A stretch of DNA of 52,256 nucleotides, taken from assembly GCF_004010195.1 (NCBI RefSeq), contig NC_057749.1:15140998-15193253 (forward strand), in the 5' to 3' direction. Positions 25,137 through 36,385 of this stretch are shown piece after piece. This DNA comes from Chiloscyllium plagiosum (Eukaryota). Each line of letters begins with the position of its first letter. Position 1 is the first letter of the stretch. A model generated the notes under the pieces. The model was not told where the DNA came from and did not search any database. It was given only the letters and a program-made list of their open reading frames with translations. The position numbers and the translations under genes were made by a program.

Positions 25137-26032
25137 TGTATATCATTGGCAGTATGGATTTTAAAATAGAGGTATATGGTTTTCAGTTTCATCTTGTGGA
25201 AGTGTTTTGTTCGACAAGGTCAGAAAGTCATTTGGAACAGTGACATCATTCCCAAAAACAGGCATGTGACCTCAGCCAAGAGCCCAGGATGTAGATGGAT
25301 GGAAATGTTATATTGCTAGGATTACAACAGGCCAGAGGACACTAGTTCAGAAGAATCAGCAGTTCAAGTTAGAAGGGAAAACAGACTTCTCCTCAGATGA
25401 GAAATGACTTTTTCCAATTCAGTTCATGGGAACTGAGCAGCTTTTAGTTTGTGGATTTTTCAAGCCAGGAGAGTCTGGGTAGAACTTGTTGCACTGTCAT
25501 AACCAAAACCAGTTGGACCATCAGAATTGTGAACAGTTCGTGTCAGCAGACTTGGGAAAGAATCATTAAATTAGTTCCACAGTTGAAGGACAAGAAGTTG
25601 GGTGTCACTGAAGCAAAAAATTGAAGAGTTGAGATTGGAGTGATATGTCTCTGGAGTTGAGTATCTGTAAAAGGCTAATGTTGGGAAACAAGTTGAAACA
25701 TCATTTGAACTGAAAACAAAAATTGCTGGAGATCACAGCGGGTCAGGCAGCATTCATGGAGAGAGACAGCAAGCTAACATTTCGAGCCTAGATGATGCTG
25801 CATCAAGGCATGAAATTTAATTTTGCTGTTTACATGAAGATCTTTCTAACTGCCTCAGATTTTGTTTTCTCCTGCATAATAACGTTCTGTTGTTAAAGAA
25901 CATTTGCAGCCTTGTGTGAGTATGCTTCTGTGACTAACCACCTCAACCAAGTGCAAAAACTGTACTTGTGATCTATCAAACCAGGTTTCACTAAAAGGGG
26001 GTCTGACTTATCCAATATTATCACCAGCAACA
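25137..26032 (+). mobile_element. Possible solo LTR, containing a Penelope-terminus fragment at about 25710-25805
   Basis: TGTA...AACA ends, flanked by cacta/cactg, no internal ORF; assignment from termini and resemblance only. Confidence 0.35.
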
Positions 26033-26859
26033 CACTGAATGCAGGAACATGCACTGCATATGTGGACACTGAGAAAATGCCATCTAAAGGTCACCTTCAT
26101 CACTGTTATCATTCTTTAAATCTGAAGATCTACCACCATTCAGTAACTAAGTAAAATGTTCATAACGCTTAAAAAAAAAACTTGTCTTCAACTTATCATA
26201 GCAATATGAACATGAGGTTACTGTGACCCAATGGCTGCCTATTACTCAGGACTGAAGCAGCAATGCAAGTTGCCCTCTCTGGATTCCTAATTTGCTAGAT
26301 GTGGCTACTGGCCAAAACTGGCACAGATCAAGCATTGGTAATACACTGACTCACTTTCTTTCCACGTCATGTCCTTTAATTCTAACAATGAATTTCAGTG
26401 AAGGGCAATGGTGGGTGGGTGGCATTTGCACAGTGTCCACTTGAACTGTGGAGGACACCCAGTGGTACAACTGTTTTCCTCCAAATTGGATCTGGACCCG
26501 TAAAGATCATTTACAACTGAGCAGTACTCGCACTGGGAGCAGACTGGCTGCAGCACAAATTCATGCGGCGCTCAACTGGATATTATGCTGGGTGCAATTT
26601 TTGTTCTTTCTCCCCCTCCCCTCACCCACAACATCCCCCCACCCCAACACCTCCCCTACCCAAAGGGATAGTGTTCGGGTGCAATTTTTGTTTTCCTCCC
26701 ACCCATTAACCCCCCCCCAGACCATCTCCCCCCACCCAAAGGTTTTCAGAATAAGTGTCAGCATTATCCATTATGTACTGGCTCAATTCCCAATCCAGAG
26801 ACACAAGCACCAAACAGTTTGACGCTCCAACACAGAACCAAGAGAGCTCGACATAGCAT

Positions 26860-27116
26860 CTTTTAGAGGAGGATGCGGAACCAAGGCTCTGAGTCTCACG
26901 TAAAAGACCGCCTTCCCTGTCCCCTGGGGCAGCATCCCAAATCATTGAATGAGATTACCTGCCCGGTAAAGGAATGCTGTCTGTGGGATCTTGCTGTACG
27001 CAAATGCAGCCGCTGTATTGCCCACATTACAGCCCGACAATAAAGGATTTCACTGGTTGCGAAAGAGGTAAGAAGTCCCTGATGTTGCATAAGGCGCCAT
27101 ACAAGTGCAAGTTTAT
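26860..27116 (+). mobile_element. Ancient Deu-domain-like SINE 3' part with L2-type tail
   Basis: tgtgggatcttgctgtacgcaaatg...cccacattaca...aaggcgccatacaagtgcaagt. Confidence 0.55.
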
Positions 27117-27186
27117 TTTTCTCTGCTTTTGCTTTCGATCACGACAATTCTTTGTTAACGTTTTCAACTTAAGAGTCAAACTTTAC

Positions 27187-27420
27187 CTAAACACGCAAAG
27201 AGAAACATTCGCCGCTGGCTCGGGAGAAAAAGAAAGCTTTTCAAGGTTCCCCCACTTCCCTGGGCTCGATGAATAGAAAACGATGTTTTCATTGCAAATA
27301 ATTTTGTTAAAAATTGAAGGAAAATGTTCGAAAAAGGAGGAAGACTTAATATAACCCGAGGCCACAGCTCTTCAGAATAAAACTAATGTCTGGCTGGGAG
27401 TACAGTATACTGCCAGATAC
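27187..27420 (-). other. Candidate alternative first exon (5' end undefined)
   Basis: Donor ttag|gtaaag; in-frame ATGs at 27292 and 27208 give ...MFLFACL + phase-1 junction; unique, CpG-retaining sequence. Confidence 0.25.
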
Positions 27421-27814
27421 TTGCCAGCAACCCACACGCAAAACACCTTTTCAACAAATTCAGTGAGCTGCCTTGGATAAAAGCCGCCCACTTCTTTCTC
27501 TCACAGCTCAAAGAGAGAAAAAACCCACTCGCTCTTCAGTAAAATGAGCGCAGCAACATATTGTTGGTGGGTTTTCTCTCTCTCGCTCCCAAGGTCGTTC
27601 ATTCCAAGTCATGTTTCAAACAGGCCTCAGCACTGCACAACCGTCCAACAGGGATTTGTGTCTCCTGTTCAGACACTCTCCTCCTGGGGAGGACTGAGGT
27701 TCCCCCAGAGTACAATGGCAAAACCCTGACGGTGGGTCACTCCTTCACACCCAAGTTACTGGTGTTGCTTCTTTCGCCAATCACCTTTGGTTGCTGCTCT
27801 CTCGTTGGTTAGAC

Positions 27815-28020
27815 CTGGTTTATTGTTGCCACATGTACCTAGGTACAGTGAAAAGTTTGTTTTGCCTACAGTACAGGCAGATCGTACCATACAAAGATCA
27901 CAGGATAATGAGACAGAGTGAGGAAAGGAGGTGCACATGGACCAAGATCTACATTCCATTTGACATTTGATGGGTCCATTCAGAAGTCTAACAATAACGA
28001 GAAAGAAGTTATTCTCCATC
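27815..28020 (-). mobile_element. Probable LINE 3' end (Rex1/Babar-like)
   Basis: tttattgt..acatgtacctaggtacagtgaaaag...ggtccattcagaagtctaa; clade assigned by resemblance only. Confidence 0.45.
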
Positions 28021-28083
28021 ATCCCACCCCAGTGAGGACAGCAGCTCCCCCATCCCCTGGTGATTTCGAATTCCTCTACCAAA

Positions 28084-28381
28084 TCTGGATGTAGGTTTGC
28101 TCGCTGAGCTAGAAGGTTCATTTTTAGACATTTCGTCACCATAGGTAACATCTTCAGTGAGCCTTCGGATGAAGCACTGCTGATGATTCCTGCTATCTAT
28201 TTATATGTTTGGGATTTTTCATATAAATAGAAAGCAGGAATAATCAGCAGTGCTTCACCCGAGGGCTCACTGATAATGTTACCTAGTATGGTGATGAAAC
28301 GTCTAAAAATGAACCTTCCAGCTCAGCGAGCAAACCTACATCCAGAACCTCAACCTGAGCTTCAAATTTTCTCAAAACTTG
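28084..28381. mobile_element. Penelope-terminus fold-back element (family C) with two hammerhead-like cores
   Basis: ~125-bp inverted arms (about 28084-28208 / 28220-28346) plus unpaired tail; 13-bp TSD ctctaccaaatct (28074-28086, 28382-28394). Confidence 0.9.
28127..28157 (-). ncRNA. Minimal hammerhead ribozyme motif
   Basis: CTGAAGA-T-GTTACC-TAT-GGTGAC-GAAA-TG-TC; the opposite arm (28270-28303, +) has CTGATAA, a core mutation. Confidence 0.55.
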
Positions 28382-28627
28382 CTCTACCAAATCTCCTTAA
28401 AGAAAATAATAAGCCAGAGTTTCCAAAGATGAGATCCTTCCAACACCTATTTCACCATCGCACCCCAAAGAGGACATCTTTGGCAGCATATGCTCACCTC
28501 TCATTCTTTTTAAATACACAGTCGCAATATACTACCAATTTTAATTTTTTTTTAAATCCTAAAGGGACAGTGTATTTCCCTTTACCTTTCTTTTTTAAAA
28601 GGGTTTGTTATGTTCTTATAAAAAGTG

Positions 28628-29048
28628 TAAGAACCTAAGAACCAGGAGCAGGAGGAGGCTGTCTGGCCTTCTGAGCCAGCTCAGCCATTCAATAAGGTCA
28701 CGGCTGATCTTCCCGTGGCCTCAGCTCCACTTACCTGCCCTCTCACATTAATACTTAATTCCTTCACTGTTCAATAATTTATCTATCTTTGTCTTAAAAA
28801 CGTTCAGTCAGGTAGCCTCAACTGTTTCACTGGGCAGGGAATTCCACAGATTCCCAAACCTCTAAGGGAAGAACTTTCTCCTCAACACAATCCAAAATCT
28901 GCTCCCCCAATTTCAAGGCTATGCCCCCTAGTTCTAGTTTCACCCGCCAGTGGAAACAGCCTCTCTGCTTTTATCCTATCTATTCCCTTCATCATTTTAT
29001 ACAGTTCTAGAAGATTCCCACCCCCCCTCAATTCTTCTAAATTCCAAT
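28628..29048 (-). mobile_element. CR1 LINE 3' end
   Basis: Minus strand LLELYKMMKGIDRIKAERLFPLAGETRTRGHSL; tail taagaacc repeat. Confidence 0.88.
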
Positions 29049-29254
29049 TTATTTCCGAGATTGCACGGCTACTCCAAACGTTATACACGATCATCCTCCC
29101 TCTCTCAAAATGAGGTGCTATTTTAAGGTCAGGCCTTTAAACATCTCTCTGCAACTTGCTGCATAAAAGATACACACTATTAAAAAACAATGCAGGTGCC
29201 ACAGTAGAGATTTCCTGAATACTGACTGGGTTAAAAAAACTCCAACTTTTTCAA

Positions 29255-29465
29255 ATCCACATTGCCACAGAGGGCTGTGGAGGCCAAGTCACTGTGTGTG
29301 TTTAAGACAGAGATAGACAGGTTATTGATCAGTAAGGGGATCAACGTGATGGGGAGAAGGCAGGAATATAGAGTTGGGAAACTTATCAGACATGATTGAA
29401 TGGTCCAGCAGACTTGAAGGACCGAATGGCCTGACTCTGCTCCTATATCGTAAGGCTTTATGATC
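29255..29465 (+). mobile_element. CR1 LINE 3' end
   Basis: cagagggctgtggaggccaagtcactg...gaatggcctgactctgctcctat. Confidence 0.8.
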
Positions 29466-30154
29466 TTCCATACCACTCCCCATTCCCAATTCCTGAACAT
29501 ACCAAAACTCCCAGCCATAAATTCATTCACCAACAGAGAATCTAGCATTCTCCAGACTGCAGAATTCCACAGATACACCACCTTTTCAAAGAGGGAATTT
29601 CTCATCCTCTGTCTTAGAAAATCTGCCCCTGGTTAGGGGATCGCTCTCCACCCCCCTCCTGGTCCTGAGATCACAACCTCACTCCCACCCCCTCACATCC
29701 TGAGATTGTGGCCCTCCTCCTGGTCCTGAGATCATTCCCTGCTCCCCCCATGCTGACATCGCCCCCTTGCCCAATGTTCTCACTACCAAGTCTCTTGGCG
29801 TCTGGCCTGATGAACCTGCTGTTTGGTTCGGGCACTCGCTGCTCCTGCAGTTCACTCCACCTCTCGGCCCATCTTTCATTCCTTTTCCCGAGGCATTCCA
29901 TACCCGTTTCCATGGTAACACTACTGTCCCCCTGTCGCTGAACAATGCCCGCCTCTGACCCCAAAAAAACAAAGGACAGCTTTGCTCTCTTCATCTGCCA
30001 CGTTACCTTGCCCTCGACATGTTTATAAAGTATGACACCTCGAGAAATCGCCGGAGAGGTGAGAGGCCATCGAGCTGAAATCTTGGCTGAGTTTCGCTTT
30101 CCACAGTTGGTGCCTGACCCAGAAGCAGCAGTCTTTTAGTTTTACTTATTTCTG

Positions 30155-30570
30155 CAACTTGGGTATTGCTGGCAAGGCTGCTCATCGCTAACTGCCCAAC
30201 AGGTCAACCACAGGTCTTAGGGAAAGGGCAAGATGACGACATGGAGGATTATCAGATTAGCCAGGATCTCAAAGAATGGCAGAGTAGACTCAGTGGGCTG
30301 AATGGTCTACTCTGCTTCTCCATTGTATGGCCACATTGCTGTGGGTCTGGAGTCACACAGAGACCAGACTGGGTAAGGTTGGCAGATTTCGTTCCTTAAG
30401 GACATCACTGAGCCAGCTGGGTTTTTACAACAATTGACAGTGGCTGCATTAGATGAGTTTTTCTTTTCTGATCTGGCTATCTGCCATGGTGGAATTGGAA
30501 AACCATAACCCCACAGCATTAACCTGGAGGTCTGGATTATGAGCCCCACGACCATATCAGTACACAACAT
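30155..30570 (-). mobile_element. SINE family 2 relic interrupted by a short CR1 tail (+, about 30245-30327)
   Basis: ccacattgctgtgggtctggagtcaca...aaggacatcactgagccag matches the family. Confidence 0.7.
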
Positions 30571-31746
30571 CTACTGAGCAAGAGGCCAATCAGCCCATCG
30601 GGGCTGTGCCAGCTCTCGACAGAGCAATCCAGTCAGTGCCAGGTACCTGGCACACTTTCCCTAAACCCTGTAGGTTTACTTGCATCAAACACCCCCTCGA
30701 GTCTCCTCATCAAACCACTGACAGTCTCAACTCTCCCCATCCTCACAGGCATCAGGTTCCAGGTCATTACCACTGGCTCTGTAAGCAATCACATTCTTCA
30801 TTGGTTTCCCACTTGTACTCCACAACAACCTTAAATCTATGTCCATTACGCATTTGCGGTCAGCTCACAGTACAAGGTTTCTTTATCCCCACCACTTGCT
30901 GCTCCCTCTTCAGCCTGTTTCCAATTCACTCACTGACCTTGGGCGAGGGAGTGGCAGAGATGGACAAATGGGGAAGAAAACGGACCCAATCAGCACGACC
31001 CACCCACAGGCATGTCCCACAAGGACAGGGGTGACCAAGAGGGCAATGCCTCCAATGAAATAATCTCGACGGCTCTTGGTCTCATGTGAAGACCAACCAC
31101 TTGGACGAGAGTGCAGGAGATAGGTTCCACCCGCCACAGTCAGACAGCAACCATGGCTCAAGCCTGGCAAAGAGACAGCCTGAACAATGCTTGCACGTTA
31201 TTTGAAAAGTATTCAAACGTAAGTGCTGTTGAACCTTAAATGAAGATAGACTACCATCAAGGACAAGTGCATCAGACACCTGGCTTGCACGTGGTCTCCC
31301 CAGACACTTCACTCGCCCAAGTTGGAGCTGTACTGATCTGCAGACAAACGTGTCGCAGAGCTGTCGATGTCCAGAGCTAGTGGTGGCCCTGAGTACGCTG
31401 GCATCTGACGTGGAGCACCTACCTTTCGGTCATTTTCAACAGGTCAGAAACTAGCAGCTGTATAATGGTTTGAAATGCAGTGGGGCTCTGGGATGGTTTG
31501 AGTCAGCCTAGTTTGATTTCACTCTTATTGATTGTACCTCTGTCACCCACACAACAACCTCTCTGCAGCAATCACATCGTCAGGTCTCATCCCCTACTCT
31601 CCCAGCAGAGCAATCGGAATCCTTCCGCTAAGGTCACAGCGGCAAGCATTAGGGCAACCAGTAATCCCAGTGCTATTTAGCACATTGCAAATTATAGACT
31701 ATCACGGAATATCTCCTCTTTTGGAAGTTGGTTTAAGTTTTGATTC

Positions 31747-31931
31747 AGTCAATAGAGGTGAAACTGGAAAAGCTCAGCAGATCAGACAGTATCCGAGGGG
31801 CAGGCAAGTCAATGTTTCAGCTCAAAACGTTGCTTTTCCTGCCCCTAGGGTGCTGTCTGACCTGCTGTGCTTTTCCAGCGTCACATCAATTGACTCTGCC
31901 TTCCAGCATCTGCTGTCTTTCCTGCCTCTAT
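31747..31931. mobile_element. Diverged Penelope-terminus fold-back element
   Basis: ctggaaaagctcagcagatcagacag / ctgtctgacctgctgtgcttttccag arms; flanks gttttgattc (31737-31746) / gttttgactc (31932-31941). Confidence 0.75.
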
Positions 31932-32180
31932 GTTTTGACTCGGTTTAGTGAGATGAGTCCCTTGGCACTATCCACTGAGGAACCAAATGATATTTTCCCA
32001 AAACACACAATACGCTGGTTTCTAAAGCATTGGTGAATCTACTTTGATGTGTTACAAAAATGCCCAAGATGCTAGTTAGGTGGGTTTTCAATGGAAAATA
32101 CGGACTCCAAGCCCCAGAAGCCAATATCAGAGCAGATGACAAAGGGGTAGGTTTTAATCAACATCTAATGATGACTAAAA

Positions 32181-32430
32181 CATGCTGTGAAACTTGAAAG
32201 AGTTCAGAAAAGATTTACAAGGATGATTCCAGGGTTGGAGGATCTGAGCTATAGGGAGAGGTTGAACAGAATGGGGCTGTTTTCCCTGGAGCAAAGGCTG
32301 AGGGGTGACCTTATAGAGGTTTATAAAATTATGAGGGGCATGGATAGGATAAATAGACAAAGTCTTTTCCCTGGGGTGGGGGAGTCCAGGACTAGAGGGC
32401 ATATGCTGTACATCTCTATGACTCTACGAC
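32181..32430 (+). mobile_element. HER1/CR1 LINE fragment with internal deletion
   Basis: KLERVQKRFTRMIPGLEDLSYRERL..RGDLIEVYKIMRG..TRGH jumps directly to the terminal atgctgtacatctctatgactcta. Confidence 0.9.
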
Positions 32431-32620
32431 CCCATTGCCGATTGTTGGAAAATCTCATCTGGTTCACAAATGGCCTTCAGGGAGGGATCCTTACCCGGTC
32501 TGGCCTTTGTGACTCCAGGCCCACAGCAATAGGGTTGACTCTTAACTGCCCTCTGGGTAATAAGGGATGCAATTAAATACTAGCTTAGCCAGTGATACCT
32601 TCATCTTGTGAATGAATCAA
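32430..32620 (+). mobile_element. SINE family 2, 3' half
   Basis: catctggttcac..tgtgactccag.cccacagcaat..ttgactcttaactgccctctg. Confidence 0.8.
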
Positions 32621-32726
32621 GGAGACGTTTAGCATTGACATTACAGGCAGTTGCTTATCAAGCAGCCTGAGTAGATGGGATCAGTCATCTGTTATAGCAA
32701 ATCTGGGAATGCTGCATTGAATTACA

Positions 32727-32918
32727 GTGTTAAAAATCACATAACACCAGGTTATCGTCCAATAGGTTTAATTGGAAGCAGTAGCTTTCGGAGTGCTGCT
32801 CCTTCATCAGGTAGCCCTCCCAAAGCGTGTGCTTCCAAATAAACCTGTTGGACTATAACCTGGTGTTGCGTGATTTTTAACTTTGTCCACCCCAGTCCAA
32901 CACCGACTCCTCCACATC
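32727..32918. mobile_element. Penelope-terminus fold-back element (family B) with hammerhead core
   Basis: Arms gttaaaaatcac..caccaggttat / ataacctggtg..gtgatttttaac; minus strand CTGATGA-A-GGAG-CAGCA-CTCC-GAAA-GC-TA at about 32782-32810; flanks ttgaattaca / ttgaatcaca. Confidence 0.85.
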
Positions 32919-33701
32919 TTGAATCACAAAATTAGCAAACAGGAACACAGGAAACTGCACAACTTCTTAATCAGAGACTCCGGTTTCTCCAAGGCTCTTT
33001 CCCACTCCTGACTCGGATAATAAACATTCCTGGAATTCCGCCCGCTATCTGCCTGGTTAAACAACACAGCCAGAGGAGAAACACAATGCAGTTAACGAAG
33101 GTAAACAACTCCCCTAGCGACAGTCAGGCTCCACACACACATAAAAACCACATCCTGAATGCACACAATAGCCAAGTACTTACCTCATTTTGGCACTTAT
33201 CAGGTAAACAACACACCTTGGAGGCAGGAACACAAAAAGCCAGGAGTGGTGAAGACTCCATCGCTGTTTTGTTTTCCCTCAGATGCTGATCAATGCCTCT
33301 AAGTCAGTGTTTACACGGCTAATTCCAGCTCAGCGTTTTCAGGTGGCAGTGTTTCTATGGGCCTATTGAAACTGTCCCCCATGGTGGGGGCAGACAGAGA
33401 GTAACGACAGGGATGAAGATATTGCACCTCGATTCCCAAATTGAAGCAATATCTTGAACCTTGGGCTCTGGGAGACTGCTCTCTCTTCTGCCAGCTAGCC
33501 TGTCCCTTACACAGACAGACATCTCATGCTGAGAAAGGAATCCACGTGTGCAGACACTGGTGCACATATCTAGGACAGGTCACCACCTGAGCTAATGGAA
33601 GGAGGAAACTCTGCTACCGTAACCAATAACAACACAAAGTGAGAGTGAAAGAGACAACTTCAACAACCAGGAAATCTCTCACATTTGATGCAAAGCTGCG
33701 A

Positions 33702-34368
33702 TCATTGCTGAACAACGAGACTTTGGAGTGCAGGTTCATAGATCCTTGAAAGTGGTGTCAAAGGTAGACAGAATAGTGAAGGTGGTGTATGCTTTCCTTT
33801 ATTGGTCAGAGTATTGAGTACAGGAGTTGGGGGGTCATGTTGTAGTCGTACAGGACATTGGTTAGGCCATTTTTGGAATACTGTATGTAATTCTGGTCTC
33901 CTTCCTATCGGAAGGATGTTGTGAAACTTGAACACGTTCAGAAAAGATTTACAAGGATGTTGCCAGGGTTGGAGGATTTGAGCTATAGGGAGAGGCTGAA
34001 CAGGCTGGGGCTGTTTTCCCTGGAGCGTCGGAGGCTGAGGGGTGACCTTATAGAGGTTTGTAAAATCATGAGGGGTATGGATAGGGTGAACAGTCAAAGT
34101 TTCTCCCCCGCCAGAGTGGGAGAGTCCAAACCTAGAGGGCATAGGTTAAAGGTGAGAGGGGAAAGATTTAAAAGGGACTCAAGGGCAACATTTTCACGCA
34201 GAGGGTGGGGATTGTATGGAATGAGCTGCCAGAAGTAGTGATAATTGCAGGTATAATTACAACATTTAAAAGACATTTGGACTGGCACATGGATATGAAA
34301 GGTTTAGAGGGATATGGGCCAAACACAGGTGAATGGGACTAGTTTGGGAAACGTGGTTGACATGGACT
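33702..34368 (+). mobile_element. HER1/CR1 LINE 3' fragment
   Basis: KLEHVQKRFTRMLPGLEDLSYRERLNRLGLFSLERRRLRGDLIEV. Confidence 0.93.
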
Positions 34369-34905
34369 ATATAGAGCCCCAGTTAGACCACACTTAGAAT
34401 ATTGTGTTCAGGTCTGGTCGCCTCACTATAGAGAGGATGCAGAGGAGATTTCCCAGGATGCTGCCTAGACTGGAGGGCATGCCTTATGAAGAAAGGTTGA
34501 GGGAGCTAGGGCTTTTCTCATTGGAGCAAAGAAGGATGAGAGGAGGCTTGATAGAGGTGTACAAGATGACGAGAGGCAGAGATAGAGTGGATAGCCAGAG
34601 ACTTAATCCCAGGGAGGAAACGTCTATCACGAGGGGGCATAATTTTAAGGTGATTGGAGGAAGGTTTAGCGGAGATGTCAGAGGTAGGTTCTTTACATAG
34701 AGAGTGGTGGGTGTGTGGAATGCACTGTCAGCAGTGGTAGCAGAGTCAGATACATTAAGGACATTTAAACAAATCTTGGATTGAGACATGGATGATAATA
34801 AAATGAAGGGTATGTGGGTTAATCCAATCTAGGATAGAAGGTTGGTACAACAGAGGGCTGAAGAGCCTGCACTGTGCTGTACTGTTCTATGCTTTATGTT
34901 GTATG
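34369..34905 (+). mobile_element. Second CR1 family 3' fragment, directly abutting
   Basis: ERMQRRFPRMLPRLEGMPYEERLRELGLFSLEQRRMRG..TRGHNFKV; tail ctgtactgttctatg. Confidence 0.9.
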
Positions 34906-35379
34906 ACTTTTTTAATAAAGTGAGATGACAGTAAGTTATAAAAAGTATATGCATAGAGGCAAAGAAAGATAAAGGGAGTTCAATATCTGCAACCGCAGAG
35001 ATATCGAGGAGGAGTTAGTGTTGGACATTGTTGATTGGCACAAGGAGAAGAGGTTGATGGTGTTGGGATCGTGCCCTCTGTACTATCTTGTCTTGGTAGT
35101 TCCCTTGGTAAGGTGCTAGAGGATCGATTCTAAAACTCAAAGCAGTCCTCACATTGTCAGCTAAACTCCAGGGGGCTGCCTGAAGTCTGCAGCTCTCTGG
35201 AAAAGCTGAGAGTAGGTCTGATTGAAGTGTTCTTTTATAAGGAAAAACATCACCACGAGTTCTAATTAAGATACCTGAAATACCATGGTTACGGGAAAGC
35301 AGGTGCGGCTGTGAGAGAATGTGTTTGAAGGGGAGATTGTTTGATTCGTTCAATGTAAATTAAAGGCCAAACAAGAAAG

Positions 35380-36385
35380 AGAGTGTGTGTGAGAGAGAGT
35401 GTGTGTGTGAGAGTGAGAGTGTGTGTGAGAGTGAGAGTGTGTGTGAGAGTGAGAGTGTGTGTGAGAGTGAGAGTGTGTGTGAGAGTGAGAGTGTGTGTGA
35501 GAGTGAGAGTGTGTGTGAGAGTGAGAGTGTGTGTGAGAGTGAGAGTGTGTGTGAGAGTGAGAGTGTGTGTGAGAGTGAGAGTGTGTGTGAGAGTGAGAGT
35601 GTGTGTGAGAGTGAGAGTGTGTGTGAGAGTGAGAGTGTGTGTGAGAGTGAGAGTGTGTGTGAGAGTGAGAGTGTGTGTGAGAGTGAGAGTGTGTGTGAGA
35701 GTGAGAGTGTGTGTGAGAGTGAGAGTGTGTGTGAGAGTGAGAGTGTGTGTGAGAGTGAGAGTGTGTGTGAGAGTGAGAGTGTGTGTGAGAGTGAGAGTGT
35801 GTGTGAGAGTGAGAGTGTGTGTGAGAGTGAGAGTGTGTGTGAGAGTGAGAGTGTGTGTGAGAGTGAGAGTGTGTGTGAGAGTGAGAGTGTGTGTGTGAGA
35901 GTGTGTGTGTGAGAGTGAGAGTGTGTGTGTGAGAGTGAGAGAGAGTGTGTGTGTGAGAGTGAGAGAGAGTGTGTGTGTGAGAGAGAGTGAGAGTGTGTGA
36001 GAGAGAGAGTGTGTGAGAGAGAGAGTGTGTGATTGAGAGAGAGTGTGTGTGTGAGAGACAGTGTGTGTGTGAGAGAGAGAGTGTGTGTGACAGAGAGAGA
36101 GTGTGTGTGTGAGAGAGTGTGTGTGTGTGTGTNNNNNNNNNNNNNNNNNNNNNNNNNNNNNNNNNNNNNNNNNNNNNNNNNNNNNNNNNNNNNNNNNNNN
36201 NNNNNNNNNNNNNNNNNNNNNNNNNNNNNNNNNNNNNNNNNNNNNNNNNNNNNNNNNNNNNNNNNNNNNNNNNNNNNNNNNNNNNNNNNNNNNNNNNNNN
36301 NNNNNNNNNNNNNNNNNNNNNNNNNNNNNNNNNNNNNNNNNNNNNNNNNNNAGAGAGTGTGTGTGAGAGAGTGTGTGTGAGAGAG
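35380..36385. repeat. GT/GA minisatellite: about 27 perfect copies of an 18-bp unit (tgtgagagtgagagtgtg), then degenerate
   Basis: Visible periodicity; ORF track shows CESESV x27. Confidence 0.95.
36133..36351. other. Assembly gap (219 N)
   Basis: Run of N. Confidence 1.

Noticed and set aside
26294..26311. gctagatgtggctactgg resembles mature miR-222
   Set aside because: Mismatches in the seed region and no complementary arm for a precursor hairpin
27495..27545. Minus-strand CTGAAGA as another hammerhead
   Set aside because: No helix II closed directly before a GAAA
29655..29735. cctcctggtcctgagatca repeated with a spacer (CRISPR-like spacing)
   Set aside because: Two copies plus a partial in vertebrate DNA; ordinary local duplication
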